A stretch of 64,000 nucleotides of DNA from Desulfatiglandales bacterium (GCA_963662465.1 OY759599.1:6528001-6592000), one strand, 5' to 3'. Positions 50,354 to 61,428 are shown, counted from the stretch's first letter. A program made the numbers and translations. Notes: generated by a model not told the origin, from the sequence alone.

Positions 50354-52459
50354 ATGAGAGTAAACTTGATATTATGTGTCATGCTGGCAATACTAATGCT
50401 AGCAGGTTGCGGAAGTGAGAATTCCACTCAAAACAATCAGAATTCAGAAGAGACAACAACACTTGTAACGGAAGCAATGCTGGCTCAAGACGATTCACTT
50501 CATATCAATGAATCCCACTACGTAATGCTGACAATCGAACCAGAACAGAGTATGGTTGACGAAACGGATCTTTCTGGCGCAGGCATAGACTGTTATGACT
50601 TTACGGTGACGCAAGAGATAATAACAACGCTGCATATTACAAGCCCAAACGGAAAGTTCACCAACGCACTTTATGAAGAGGGCCGCTCAGATGCCCTGGT
50701 TGAAGCTTCTGAAGGGATAGAGTCCGTTACCGTCACACTGGTCCCGAATAAGACCTATAAACATTGCATTAAAAACAACAGCACTGACACACAGTCTTTG
50801 ACAAGTTTTTTTGAGTTGGCATCAAGTTCATCGACATCCCCAATGTCAAGTTCACTAGCATCAAATGATACGCAAGATCAACCCAGGCTAACTGCCACAA
50901 ATTCAATCGACTGTTCAAAACAGCATAACCTCAATTATGCCGGGCAAAATTATACAGGACATAATTTTGCCAATTTTGAAATAAAGCATTGTAGCTTCAA
51001 CAATACCATATTGGATGATGCAAGCTTTATGAATACTTCGCTTGAATATAATGACTTTACAGGTGCGTCTTTTGTGGGAGCTGATTTTACGAATTGGAAT
51101 ATTAACGACAATGTGTTCAAAAAGAACAATTTTTCAGGAGCTAAAAACTATAATCAGGGCTATTATTGTCAAGCTGATTCTCCCATTGATAAGTGTAATT
51201 CGACGGTATTCACAATTCAAAATCTTACGGATCTTATAGAGAAAAAAGAATGCCCTGCAGACTACCCTTCATGTAACTTCTCAGGAGCATACATTAACAA
51301 TAAAAATTTTAATTATGCTGATTTAAAAACAATCAACCTATCTTTTGCTATTATTAAAAATTCAACTTTTAGAAGTTCAGATTTAAGCACAGCTAACTTT
51401 TGGGGTGCTACAATTAAAAATGACAACGATTCAGGTGATTCTTTTAAAGGCGCAAATTTGAGCCATGCAAAGTTGAATAATGCTACAATTTCAAATATTG
51501 ATATGTCAGGAGCTGATATGAGTTTTGCAGATTTAACCGGTATTAAATTTGAAAACACATGGTTAAGCGGTGTTTTGTATAATGATGGAACGTATTGTGA
51601 AAATGGTTCAAACGATACCTGTAAACCAGCAGATTATTCAGCTCAAGAAGTTCAGCACCTTTTGTCATATAAACAGTGTCCACCTTCCAATGCAGGATGT
51701 CGCTTTCCCTTACTATTTATCATCGATAAAGATTTAAGTGGCATTGATTTCAGTAACGCAGATTTAAGAGGGAGTTGGTTTGAAAATGTAGATTTTACTA
51801 ACATGAATTATATGGGTGCAATGATAGAAAATGTCGGTTGGGGAGCTGATTGCATCTTTAACGGAGCAACAGACTATCATGGAAAATATTGTATGGCAAA
51901 TTCAATAGGGGGTTGTCACCCTGCTTCTTATACAGCAGCAGCTGTTCAAGAGTTAATAAGCACTCAGTCTGCTAAAGCAGGGTCCGATTTTACCGGTGTT
52001 TATTTGTCGGGAGAAAAATTTTGGAAGGGTGTTTTCGATAATGTCGTGTTCAATGAAGCAGACTTTTCCAATGCTACAATAGAAGATACTTCCATGAGAG
52101 ATTCTCAATTTGAGAATGCTACTTTTCATGGTGCTACCATCGCACTCGTTGATTTTTCATACTCGCAATTTCCAGGTGCCGATTTTTCTAATGCGATATT
52201 TGATAACCAAACCAGTTTTAAAAATGCTGTATTTGATAAAGTAAATTTTCAAAATGCAGATTTTATAAACGTACTTCTTGATGGCGCCGCTTTTAACGAG
52301 TCTGATTTCAGTTACAGTACTGTTAATGTGGCGGAACTCTTATCGAATTCGCAGATTTCCGGAAAGACAACCATGCCCAATGGCACAGTTTGTGATGGGC
52401 TGGCTGAATGTATCAAAGTATGCACGTCTGCAAATAACTACTGTGAATGGCATCCATAA
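50354..52459 (+). CDS. Pentapeptide-repeat lipoprotein with Cys-rich linkers
   Basis: Lipobox LAGC; many A(D/N)(F/L)xx repeats; AT-rich coding sequence. Confidence 0.85.
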   Translation: MRVNLILCVMLAILMLAGCGSENSTQNNQNSEETTTLVTEAMLAQDDSLHINESHYVMLTIEPEQSMVDETDLSGAGIDCYDFTVTQEIITTLHITSPNGKFTNALYEEGRSDALVEASEGIESVTVTLVPNKTYKHCIKNNSTDTQSLTSFFELASSSSTSPMSSSLASNDTQDQPRLTATNSIDCSKQHNLNYAGQNYTGHNFANFEIKHCSFNNTILDDASFMNTSLEYNDFTGASFVGADFTNWNINDNVFKKNNFSGAKNYNQGYYCQADSPIDKCNSTVFTIQNLTDLIEKKECPADYPSCNFSGAYINNKNFNYADLKTINLSFAIIKNSTFRSSDLSTANFWGATIKNDNDSGDSFKGANLSHAKLNNATISNIDMSGADMSFADLTGIKFENTWLSGVLYNDGTYCENGSNDTCKPADYSAQEVQHLLSYKQCPPSNAGCRFPLLFIIDKDLSGIDFSNADLRGSWFENVDFTNMNYMGAMIENVGWGADCIFNGATDYHGKYCMANSIGGCHPASYTAAAVQELISTQSAKAGSDFTGVYLSGEKFWKGVFDNVVFNEADFSNATIEDTSMRDSQFENATFHGATIALVDFSYSQFPGADFSNAIFDNQTSFKNAVFDKVNFQNADFINVLLDGAAFNESDFSYSTVNVAELLSNSQISGKTTMPNGTVCDGLAECIKVCTSANNYCEWHP

Positions 52460-52577
52460 AAATATTGTATTCGAGTTTGCAGTATCAATAATTCCCCTTG
52501 TGCGATGCACTGCATAATAATCTAAGTCGCAACATAGCTCTTGACAAAGGTGAAACAATTGATTCAGGCAAAACGCC

Positions 52578-52860
52578 TGTGATATCATCATGCCTGAACG
52601 CGTGCTGAGCGTTGACATATCTCCAACGTACCACAACCAAAGACGACGTTGTGATATGCGCCACATATTGCATCCGGTCCGTATTTGAAAACCTCTTTCG
52701 ACAAATGTTTGAGACCCCTACATCTTGTGGTCGAGCCCTTTTCAGGCTGTTAACCCAAAAGTGTAACTTACCTATATCATTGGTCTGTTGGACCCAGAGC
52801 TCAGAGTCTTCAGAAAAGTAACTGGCTGGCACGATTGTCTTTGGGGCAGCCTGGAGAAGA
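52578..52860 (+). repeat. Non-coding repeat, copy B (homologous to 63195-63520 and, inverted, to 50063-50227)
   Basis: 52617-52745 is near-identical to 63278-63406; both modules start with TGTGATATCATCA. Confidence 0.85.
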
Positions 52861-53056
52861 CTGGTGAATCAATCTTGGCATAATTCCTGAAACTACCTTT
52901 TTTGAAAAATTCACCGGATTTCAACGGGTAAATAGTGTATGATTGATCCGTCAGTGTCGCATAATCTTGGCGACGTTGGGGTAGAGGAGTATGCAAGGTA
53001 TGTTGCGGGGACTTTTGAGAAATTAGCTATGCATGATTCTTCAGGAGAAAGGCAAA

Positions 53057-54184
53057 ATGAAAAATAGAATGATTGTAGCCATAGGGGTAATATTATTTTC
53101 TATTGCAATCAACTCAAATTCTGAGATGAGAATACAACCCGAGGGAGTTACATCTCCCAACGATTCCGCTTCTCTCAGGTTGAGCGGAGACTTTGATAGC
53201 GCGTGTTTATCTCCTTGCGATAATCCCAACGCAGCGGTCGTTAGCGGGACAAACAGTTCCGGCTTGTATTCATGCGGCGTTTACGGTTCCGCCAGCGGTT
53301 ATAGCGCCAGCGGCGTTCACGGTACGGCTTCAGGTCTGAACGGCATAGGTGTTTACGGTAAGGCTTCGAATAGTGAAGATGCGAATAACATGGGTGGATA
53401 TTTTGTATCCCAAGGCACTTCCGGTGTTGGCGTTTACGGTTACGCTTCGAAGGAAGGAGATGCAACCAACTACGGTGGACATTTTGTATCCAAAGGCGAC
53501 TCGGGTTTCGGCATTTACGGTTCTACCGATGGAAACAGCGGCAGGGGAGTTTTCGGTATTGCGACCGGAGACAACGGCAGGGGCGTCGATGGCAATGCCA
53601 GCGGTGCTCACGGCAGGGGTGTTCAAGGTTATGGGGAGGAATGGGATTTTTATGCAAGAGGCCCAGGTGGCAATTATGGTCCTTTTACCGGTGCCCATGA
53701 AGTAAGATTTTCAGAGGATATGTTGGAAAATATAGTGCCGGGATTGATTGTCTCGGTAACCGGTAAAGCCCAAACCAGAAAGAATAAAAAAGGAGAGATA
53801 TCCTTATCTTCTACTCTGCCAACAGTGATACTATCCACCAGGGAAAGAGACAAGGCTGTATTTGGGGTCATTGTTTCCAAAGGTCCTCTTTCCGAAGACC
53901 ACTGGTACAAAGCTCAAAAAGGCGAACGGTTTGGGGTGGTAAATGCCCTAGGTGAAGGACGCGTCTGGGTAACTGACATCAACGGAGAAATCCAGGGAGG
54001 GGACTATATCACTACGTCGCCTGTTCCTGGATACGGTCAGGCTCAAAATGACGACTTCTTGCACTCCTACACGCTCGGCAAGGCCATAGAAACAATAGAC
54101 TGGGAGCAAGTCACGGAAACGGTCCAGCACGATGGGAAGACTTACAAGCGCTATCTCATTGCTGTGGTCTATACAAGCGGCTAA
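53057..54184 (+). CDS. Secreted Gly-rich repeat fibre-like protein with C-terminal chaperone (peptidase G2/IMC-like) domain
   Basis: Signal peptide, about 11 GV(Y/F/H)G-type repeats, FTGAH, VNALGEGRVWV...GDYITTS..PGYG. Confidence 0.65.
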   Translation: MKNRMIVAIGVILFSIAINSNSEMRIQPEGVTSPNDSASLRLSGDFDSACLSPCDNPNAAVVSGTNSSGLYSCGVYGSASGYSASGVHGTASGLNGIGVYGKASNSEDANNMGGYFVSQGTSGVGVYGYASKEGDATNYGGHFVSKGDSGFGIYGSTDGNSGRGVFGIATGDNGRGVDGNASGAHGRGVQGYGEEWDFYARGPGGNYGPFTGAHEVRFSEDMLENIVPGLIVSVTGKAQTRKNKKGEISLSSTLPTVILSTRERDKAVFGVIVSKGPLSEDHWYKAQKGERFGVVNALGEGRVWVTDINGEIQGGDYITTSPVPGYGQAQNDDFLHSYTLGKAIETIDWEQVTETVQHDGKTYKRYLIAVVYTSG

Positions 54185-54362
54185 TACAGCTTAGGCTTTC
54201 GGACTCGTGATAAAGATAGCCCAGGAAAGTTATGGTGAACCCATCACACAGGGTGTGATACAGCATCAACTTACCACAAAACCTGGTTTGCATACGAAGC
54301 AATCTCCGGAGTACAATTGTTGCTGATTCTTGTTAAAGTTCAGAGCACGGAAGGATAATGAT

Positions 54363-54853
54363 ATTTATGTTGCGAGTTTGGTTATGTTGTGTGTATTTAA
54401 TTCATCTAATTCATATTTAAAATTGAAATATCTATATAATTCTTATCATTCTGAGCTTGACTTTGCCTTACAAGCATGGTATATATTACACCAAGCTTGA
54501 TTTTATGGTTTTTCTCATATTATTATTATGATTGATTTTAGAAGTTGCAAGCTGTCTGTTATGTCCTACCCCACGTCGAATTACCTTCCTTATAGGAGGT
54601 TTGCGATATGAGACTTTATGAAAGATGTAGGCCCGTTCGCTTGATCCAGTAACCCTCCCCGGAGCAGTTTAACCCCTGGATCAGAACACAGAAGTATGTT
54701 TAAAGGATTATTATTATGTTGCGAGTTCCTTCAAACCGTTTCTGGAAATTGGAGGTAAACTATCGGAATCTTTACCAAATCATCATTTCTCAAGCCAGAT
54801 CCGAACTCCCTTATTATTTCGATAGGTTAGGCCAACACACAACATAACTCAAT
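54363..54853 (+). repeat. 491-bp non-coding direct repeat R1, copy 1
   Basis: Matches 58698-59188 with one substitution seen (GGCCCGTTCGC vs GGCCCGCTCGC). Confidence 0.95.
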
Positions 54854-55342
54854 CTATCACAGTATTGACGGCTGAAAAGCGGCACACAATATGTGGGTAT
54901 CCGGCCTCCGACACTCCGGGCGGATGTCTTGATAGTTTGCAGTTGAACATGCTAATGGTATGTTCGAATATAGCGGGATTCAAGGATCATGCAAGCAAGT
55001 ATGGAATGGGAATGTATAAAAAGTAAACAGACCACCGCCCCCGATATTTTTCACTCACAAGTGCGGGAATGGGATCAAGTCTTTGTATAGCTCATGGTCA
55101 GAGAAGAATATATGTTCTGGTATGACTTTTTGAGCCTTGAATCGTTTTGCGACTGAATGCTGGTTTGGTTGACCACGACATTAAATGCTCTGGCGATTTC
55201 GTCCAGGTTCTTTCTGCAGAGCCGCCCGCAAGATAAATCGCCATATTTCACGGCTCATTTACCACCTCTCGTAATGAATGGAATAGAAAGAAACAAGTAG
55301 GGTAATTATAGCCTTCAACAAAAGCATTCGGGTGTTCCTTTT

Positions 55343-57178
55343 ATGCAAGCGTTTGTGTTCACGCATTATTCAATCGACAATCGTAGACCCTATAGTAGCT
55401 CCCTCGTTACCCATATGTGCAAAAAGTATGGCAAACGCAGCAATTTTACTTCATTTTTTTTCATCATCCTCCTGATCATTTTCTCCGCCTGTGGTTCCAG
55501 GTCGGAGGCTTCCGCGGATAGTAGCGCGCTGGAAATAGGCCCCGCTTTTAAGGACGCGCAAATTCTTCCTCACGCAGAAGTTCTTAGAGACCCCACCGGA
55601 ACGCTGTCCTATCAAGACGTCTCCTCATATCCATTTTCCGGACAATTCGCGCCGCACAGGAGCGATACGATCAATCGGGGGCTGGATAGCTCGGCCTACT
55701 GGTTCCGGTTTCGGCTAAAAAAGGCCGAACAGGACGAAAAAGGCGGTCGGTTGATTTTGGCATTGCCCCAGCTTATTAATGAATTGGATCTGTTTGTGCC
55801 GATCCAGGGGCCACGGAAGGACGATTTACGATCCCTTCGTTCGGGGTTGAAGTATTATGGCGCCGGTGATGACCTGGGCTACAGATTCCCTGCGCTGGAG
55901 CTGCCTTCGGATCTGCGTTACGGTTCTGAACTCTATCTCAGGGCATGCGCAAAAAAAGTCAACTTCCCGATAGTGCTTTTTGATCAGTCTGTTTTTGACC
56001 GCTTCGTAAGGTTTGACTGCTTGTTTTTCGGGTTAATCACCGGAATTCTGGGGGCCATGCTACTCTATAATCTGGTGCTGGGAATATTCCTGAAAGACAA
56101 AGCTTACGCCATGTATTGCATCTATATCGCGAGCATGATCTGCTATTTGGCGGCGCTATCGGGCTGGGCTCTCTGGTTGGGGCTATCCCCCGAATTTCTC
56201 TCGAATACGGTTTTGATACTCTCCGGCGGGACAATGTTTTTTGGAATAGCCTTTTCCAGAATCTTCCTCCATACTTCCACCAAACATCGCTATATTGACC
56301 GCATTTTCTTGTTTTTTATGGGCGTAGCACTGGTCATTTCGGCATTGTGCGTCGCAGGATTTTTCGACATCGCAAACCAAATTGCTTTTTTCACAGCGCT
56401 GGTCTTTCCAGCGACCGCCATTGCATGTGCGGCTATTCGATGGCGTCAGGGGTATCGGTCCGCTCGGTATTATCTGATAGCCTGGACATTTTTATTTGCC
56501 TCCGTCATCCTTTTTGCAGCTTCTGGTCTCGGGTTGATCGAATATTCCTACCTCGTATCGCATGCCTCTCTGGGCATCGGGGCTGCCGCCGAATCTATTC
56601 TTCTTTCCATGGCCCTGGCAGACCGCGTGAGGGAGCTGAGGGAAGAGCGAAAGCGGTTGATTGAGAGCGAACGGCGCCTGACCGAACTTTCCATAACGGA
56701 TGCGTTGACCGGATTGTATAATAAACGATGGTTTTCCAGCAAAATGAAAAGTGAAATGGATCATGCCAGGCGCCTGGGCCAACCTTTGTCCCTGATTATT
56801 CTGGACGTGGATCATTTTAAGGGCTTCAACGATACGTACGGGCATTCCCAGGGAGATAAGGTCCTGGCTGAACTGGGCGGCGTTATCTCTTCCTCGGTGC
56901 GCCAGACGGATATCCCCTGCCGCTATGGCGGAGAGGAATTCTCAATCATTCTTCCGGATACGGACACTCAAAAAGCTTTAACCACCGCCGAACGATTGCG
57001 TGAAACTTTTGCCAGCGTCAGGTTTCGAATTGAACAGGAGAGAAATGTGTTCGCGACCATCAGTCTTGGCGTCACGAAGATGACCGAGGAGGATACCGAT
57101 GGTACATTTTTCGAGCGTGCCGACAAGGCGCTATATAGGGCAAAATCGCAAGGGCGGAATCAATCTGTTTTTTTGTAA
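55343..57178 (+). CDS. 7TMR-DISM diguanylate cyclase
   Basis: DISMED2 (AYWFRF) and 7TM domains, TDALTGLYN, DVDHFK, RYGGEEF, RxxD I-site (RQTD). Start uncertain. Confidence 0.9.
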   Translation: MQAFVFTHYSIDNRRPYSSSLVTHMCKKYGKRSNFTSFFFIILLIIFSACGSRSEASADSSALEIGPAFKDAQILPHAEVLRDPTGTLSYQDVSSYPFSGQFAPHRSDTINRGLDSSAYWFRFRLKKAEQDEKGGRLILALPQLINELDLFVPIQGPRKDDLRSLRSGLKYYGAGDDLGYRFPALELPSDLRYGSELYLRACAKKVNFPIVLFDQSVFDRFVRFDCLFFGLITGILGAMLLYNLVLGIFLKDKAYAMYCIYIASMICYLAALSGWALWLGLSPEFLSNTVLILSGGTMFFGIAFSRIFLHTSTKHRYIDRIFLFFMGVALVISALCVAGFFDIANQIAFFTALVFPATAIACAAIRWRQGYRSARYYLIAWTFLFASVILFAASGLGLIEYSYLVSHASLGIGAAAESILLSMALADRVRELREERKRLIESERRLTELSITDALTGLYNKRWFSSKMKSEMDHARRLGQPLSLIILDVDHFKGFNDTYGHSQGDKVLAELGGVISSSVRQTDIPCRYGGEEFSIILPDTDTQKALTTAERLRETFASVRFRIEQERNVFATISLGVTKMTEEDTDGTFFERADKALYRAKSQGRNQSVFL

Positions 57179-57295
57179 TTGCTTTTTTCTATATGTCGTC
57201 ACGGCCATGGGATGAGGTCAAGTTTTAGCTTGGCCCAAAAATCACAGAAGAATACATTTCCAACATATTTGGAGGATTGAATCCGTGGGAATAAT

Positions 57296-57389
57296 CTCAA
57301 TATATACCCAGAGCAACCGGCCCTGCGAGATGGGAGCAATCTCAGCGTTCGTTCAAGCCTTCTGATTTTATGATATCACAGCTTTTTTG
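57296..57389 (+). repeat. About 94-bp repeat R2, copy 1
   Basis: Colinear with 59183-59276 (CTCAATATATAC...ACCGGCCCTG...TTTTATGATATCACAGCTTTTTTG). Confidence 0.85.
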
Positions 57390-57414
57390 AGATTAGAGAC
57401 TTGCCTGTCCACTG

Positions 57415-58455
57415 CTAAGGGCATGTCACTTCATTAAACGCGTTGTCGTACAAGTAGACACATCTTAATGTGCCGCTAATGTTTTTTATGTTTCCTATAA
57501 TTTGGCTGGTGGCCAAGTCAGTGTCGCCGCCATTGTTATAGATGGCGGCGGAATCAGGATCCGTCACCCCTGCATCCACCAACGAGTGGCGCATTGTGAT
57601 ATCGCCGTCGCTGTTATCTATTCCGCGGGCGATCCCTGTGCCGCCGCCCGAAATATAACCGGTGAGTTCACTGTTCCATATTTCGGTTTTGTTGTGGGTA
57701 GCGGTTGTTCCTGCCGAATATAGCGCTGTGGATGATTTGCTGCCGGTGGAAGTAGCGCGTATTCTGGAGTTGTTCAATCGGATATTGCCGTTGGTATAGA
57801 TCCCATAGGATTTCGCCGTGTCACCACAGGTACTTTTTATTAGAATTCGATCGGCGGTAATACGGTATTGGCCGTTTCGAATATAAATGCCTGTGCAGTC
57901 GCCGCCAGTGGCGTGTGCGGCGTCGATCTCGACATCGGTCAGTAGAAACATACCCTCGGTATGGTGCAGAATACCCAGGGCGAATGCGTTATCCGGATCG
58001 GCCCAGGAAGCGTGACTCCCGACAGTCAATAAGCGCAGTTCGGCATTTATTGCTCCCACCACCGTGGCCGCGTTGATTCCGGTGGAGCCTCCGTCGGATT
58101 CTATCCAGGTTTGATTAATGCCCGAACCCTCGATATCCACGTAGGGCTTCATGGTGATCTTTTCATTATAACGCCCCGGGGCAACCTTTATCAGATAATG
58201 GTTATGGAAGTCATTATCGGTAATGCTGCTCAATGCCGCGTTGATGGTGGCGTAGTCTCCTCTGCCGCCCTTGGATACCCGAAGAATATTTTTCGACTGA
58301 GGATTGATTGGGACATTCGCGACAGTTAGACTCCCCCCCACGGCTAAATTTCCTGAGACTTTCATGTCGCCGCTGCCGGCGATGGCGTTTGCGGCGAGAG
58401 TTAATACGGCAAAGATGACTAAAGTGAAAAGAATAAGTTCTCTAGATTTTGACAT
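57415..58455 (-). CDS. Secreted pectinesterase-like / right-handed beta-helix protein
   Basis: Signal peptide; GDYATINAAL...IKVAPGRYNE...YVDIEGSG followed by GIY-type repeats. Confidence 0.7.
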   Translation of the reverse strand: MSKSRELILFTLVIFAVLTLAANAIAGSGDMKVSGNLAVGGSLTVANVPINPQSKNILRVSKGGRGDYATINAALSSITDNDFHNHYLIKVAPGRYNEKITMKPYVDIEGSGINQTWIESDGGSTGINAATVVGAINAELRLLTVGSHASWADPDNAFALGILHHTEGMFLLTDVEIDAAHATGGDCTGIYIRNGQYRITADRILIKSTCGDTAKSYGIYTNGNIRLNNSRIRATSTGSKSSTALYSAGTTATHNKTEIWNSELTGYISGGGTGIARGIDNSDGDITMRHSLVDAGVTDPDSAAIYNNGGDTDLATSQIIGNIKNISGTLRCVYLYDNAFNEVTCP

Positions 58456-58697
58456 TTGTCGGTGCTCCCCTATGGATTTTAAGATATCTTTTTTCAGGAC
58501 CGATTATAGGAAAAACATCATTTTGGGTCAAGCGATGACAAGATGAACTGGGAACCAAGTTAAAAGGGCTTGCAGGGAGGCTATGAGTTATCAGCGCATG
58601 GCTATTTGTTAAGGGCGAGGCGAAGGACTTTTGCCAAATCCAATAGTTTGAATATCTCCGACGTATTTGGAGAATTGGATGTTATGTGGTATTCTCA

Positions 58698-59276
58698 ATT
58701 TATGTTGCGAGTTTGGTTATGTTGTGTGTATTTAATTCATCTAATTCATATTTAAAATTGAAATATCTATATAATTCTTATCATTCTGAGCTTGACTTTG
58801 CCTTACAAGCATGGTATATATTACACCAAGCTTGATTTTATGGTTTTTCTCATATTATTATTATGATTGATTTTAGAAGTTGCAAGCTGTCTGTTATGTC
58901 CTACCCCACGTCGAATTACCTTCCTTATAGGAGGTTTGCGATATGAGACTTTATGAAAGATGTAGGCCCGCTCGCTTGATCCAGTAACCCTCCCCGGAGC
59001 AGTTTAACCCCTGGATCAGAACACAGAAGTATGTTTAAAGGATTATTATTATGTTGCGAGTTCCTTCAAACCGTTTCTGGAAATTGGAGGTAAACTATCG
59101 GAATCTTTACCAAATCATCATTTCTCAAGCCAGATCCGAACTCCCTTATTATTTCGATAGGTTAGGCCAACACACAACATAACTCAATATATACTCAGGG
59201 CGACCGGCCCTGAGAGATGGTATCAATCCCAGCGTTCGCTCGAACCCTCTGGTTTTATGATATCACAGCTTTTTTG
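58698..59276 (+). repeat. Contiguous R1+R2, copy 2
   Basis: 58698-59188 equals R1 and 59183-59276 equals R2; they share the CTCAAT hexamer. Confidence 0.9.
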
Positions 59277-59541
59277 GGTTTGACGATATTTTGGGTTTTG
59301 GCGGGAAAAATGAGTAAAGGTGAGACTGGAACATTTTTAAATCTGGGTCAATGCTCTTTCCAAAAATCGTAAGGCGTATCACAGCTTTTGCTGGTGTGAA
59401 TTCTTTGTGTATTGGACAGCTGATAGCTCTAAACTCTCATATTCTTTGTTGAAAACACTGTTTCGGTAGAATATTCTGTGTGACAGATGGAATGACTTAA
59501 TAGAACGTTTTTATAATTATCCAACTAGTGGAGGGTTGATT

Positions 59542-61119
59542 ATGGCTAAATATTTGCGGAATTTTCTTATTGTTGTTTTCGTGTCTTGCTTTGGTATTCT
59601 GACAATGTGGATTGACTCAGGAGTAAGCTCGGAAATCAATTCAAACAAGTCAGAAAATGACGCTTTTGCTAAGGTGGCTGTTAAAGGCGACCGAATGGAG
59701 TGGCATATAAAGGTACCATTTGAGAAATTGACGGTTATCGTATCAGGACCTGACGAATCTAAATATGTTCAGATTTTTGAGGGAGGAAGCCTTCCATTCT
59801 TCCAAATGCGGGATAACGACGGAAAACTTTTTCCTGATGGTGCCTGTAGTTACCAACTGCAAGCGGTAGCGGCTTCAAATAAAACGAGTCGCGGCGACAA
59901 TCTCCCCTCAGGCAGGGATTCAAATGAAAAGTTCACAATCGAGCAGCCTTCCCAAGAGATTAAGACACAATCGGGTGTCTTTGTTATCGAAGAAGGCCAG
60001 ATCATTTCAGATGAGGCTTCTGTTGAGATGGAAACAAACGTACAGACTGAACCCTCTTTTGAAACCCAGAATCCAGACTACGTCATTAATGATGATGTGA
60101 TTATCACCGGCAGCGAGTGCATTGGTTTTGACTGCGCTAATGGAGAATCCTTTGGGTATGCCACTCAAAAGTATAAAGAGAACAATCTTCAGATTTGGTT
60201 TGAAGATACCAGCATCGGTAGTTTTGCCACAAATGACTGGAAAATCTTAATAAATGATATCACAAGCGGTGGTGCCAGCTACTTTTCCATCTTTGACACG
60301 GATGCGGGTCGAAGGCCGTTCACCATAGAAGCAGGCGCACCAGCCAATTCACTTTACGTGGAAGATTACGGCAGAATCGGTCTGGGAACATCCATACCAT
60401 ACGTTGAGTTGCACATTGTGGACGGCGATTCGCCCACGATACGTCTGGATCAGGATGGTTCATCGGGTTGGGTTGCTCAAAGCTGGGATATGGCCGGCAA
60501 TGAGACCAATTTTTTTGTCAGGGATGTCACCAATGGTTCGAAACTGATTTTCAGAATTCAACCGAATACACCTTCTAGCACCCTTTGTCTTAGAAACACT
60601 GGAAATGGAAGGGTTGGAGTGGGAACCTGGTCTCCTGATGCCAGGTTACATGTTCAGGGAGCCCCCGGTTCGACCGATCCGCTGCTACTGGTGGAGAAAC
60701 TTTCAGGAGGTGAACAGAAAGACTTTTTTACGGTGAAGGACAACGGCGATGTGGAGCTTTTTAAAACCATCGGCGAAGGGTCGGACCGAAACCACAAAAA
60801 AAATATCGAACCAATCGATACGGCGATGGTATTAGCCGGGGTTGTCAACATGCCCATATCCGAGTGGAATTACAAAGTTGATGACGATTCGTTGCGACAT
60901 ATGGGACCCATGGCGCAGGATTTTCACGCGGCATTCGGTCTGGGTCAGGATGACAAGCATATTGCATCCCTTGATGCGTCCGGCGTATCACTAGCCGCTA
61001 TCCAGGAATTAAACAAACAGCTTGAATTGCAGAAGGAGATGATCCTGAAACAGAATGAAATTATTCAGACTTTAAAGGAACAGATCGAACATCTGGGGGA
61101 AAAGAGAACTCAGCCTTAG
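59542..61119 (+). CDS. Secreted tail-fibre-domain protein with peptidase S74 intramolecular chaperone
   Basis: Signal peptide; GRIGLGT / GRVGVGT..P...LHV repeats; SDRNHKKNI...HMGPMAQDF...AIQEL then coiled coil. Confidence 0.85.
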   Translation: MAKYLRNFLIVVFVSCFGILTMWIDSGVSSEINSNKSENDAFAKVAVKGDRMEWHIKVPFEKLTVIVSGPDESKYVQIFEGGSLPFFQMRDNDGKLFPDGACSYQLQAVAASNKTSRGDNLPSGRDSNEKFTIEQPSQEIKTQSGVFVIEEGQIISDEASVEMETNVQTEPSFETQNPDYVINDDVIITGSECIGFDCANGESFGYATQKYKENNLQIWFEDTSIGSFATNDWKILINDITSGGASYFSIFDTDAGRRPFTIEAGAPANSLYVEDYGRIGLGTSIPYVELHIVDGDSPTIRLDQDGSSGWVAQSWDMAGNETNFFVRDVTNGSKLIFRIQPNTPSSTLCLRNTGNGRVGVGTWSPDARLHVQGAPGSTDPLLLVEKLSGGEQKDFFTVKDNGDVELFKTIGEGSDRNHKKNIEPIDTAMVLAGVVNMPISEWNYKVDDDSLRHMGPMAQDFHAAFGLGQDDKHIASLDASGVSLAAIQELNKQLELQKEMILKQNEIIQTLKEQIEHLGEKRTQP

Positions 61120-61428
61120 GGTTTGTTTTTGCCGTTTAAAGAAGTAAAGGAACCAAAACCAGATTCCAAAAAATCATGGAAGCTGTGAGAAAAGAGGTCC
61201 ACATATTGTGGGGCACCAAATGGTAAGTCGGCACTTGACGGTGCAGTAACTTTGTACCGTACCATACAATTCTGCATCCTGAATTATGCTTGATGGAAAG
61301 ATAGCAAGGGCTTTTTGTTCCATTTTTGACTATCTTATTTGCATTGCAAGGGTTTGGATGGCCTCATGTAGAATCAATGGCTTTTCTTTCCCACAAAACA
61401 TACATTCCAAAAAATGGAGGTACGATCA

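Noticed and set aside
52565..52600. c-di-GMP-I riboswitch suggested by GGCAAAAC
   Set aside because: The GAAA loop and GACGCAAAG elements are absent.
54348..54375. Calling this site the chromosomal dif
   Set aside because: It fits ATAA-N6-TTATGTT, but the outer XerD arm is non-canonical and position relative to the terminus cannot be seen; kept only as dif-like.
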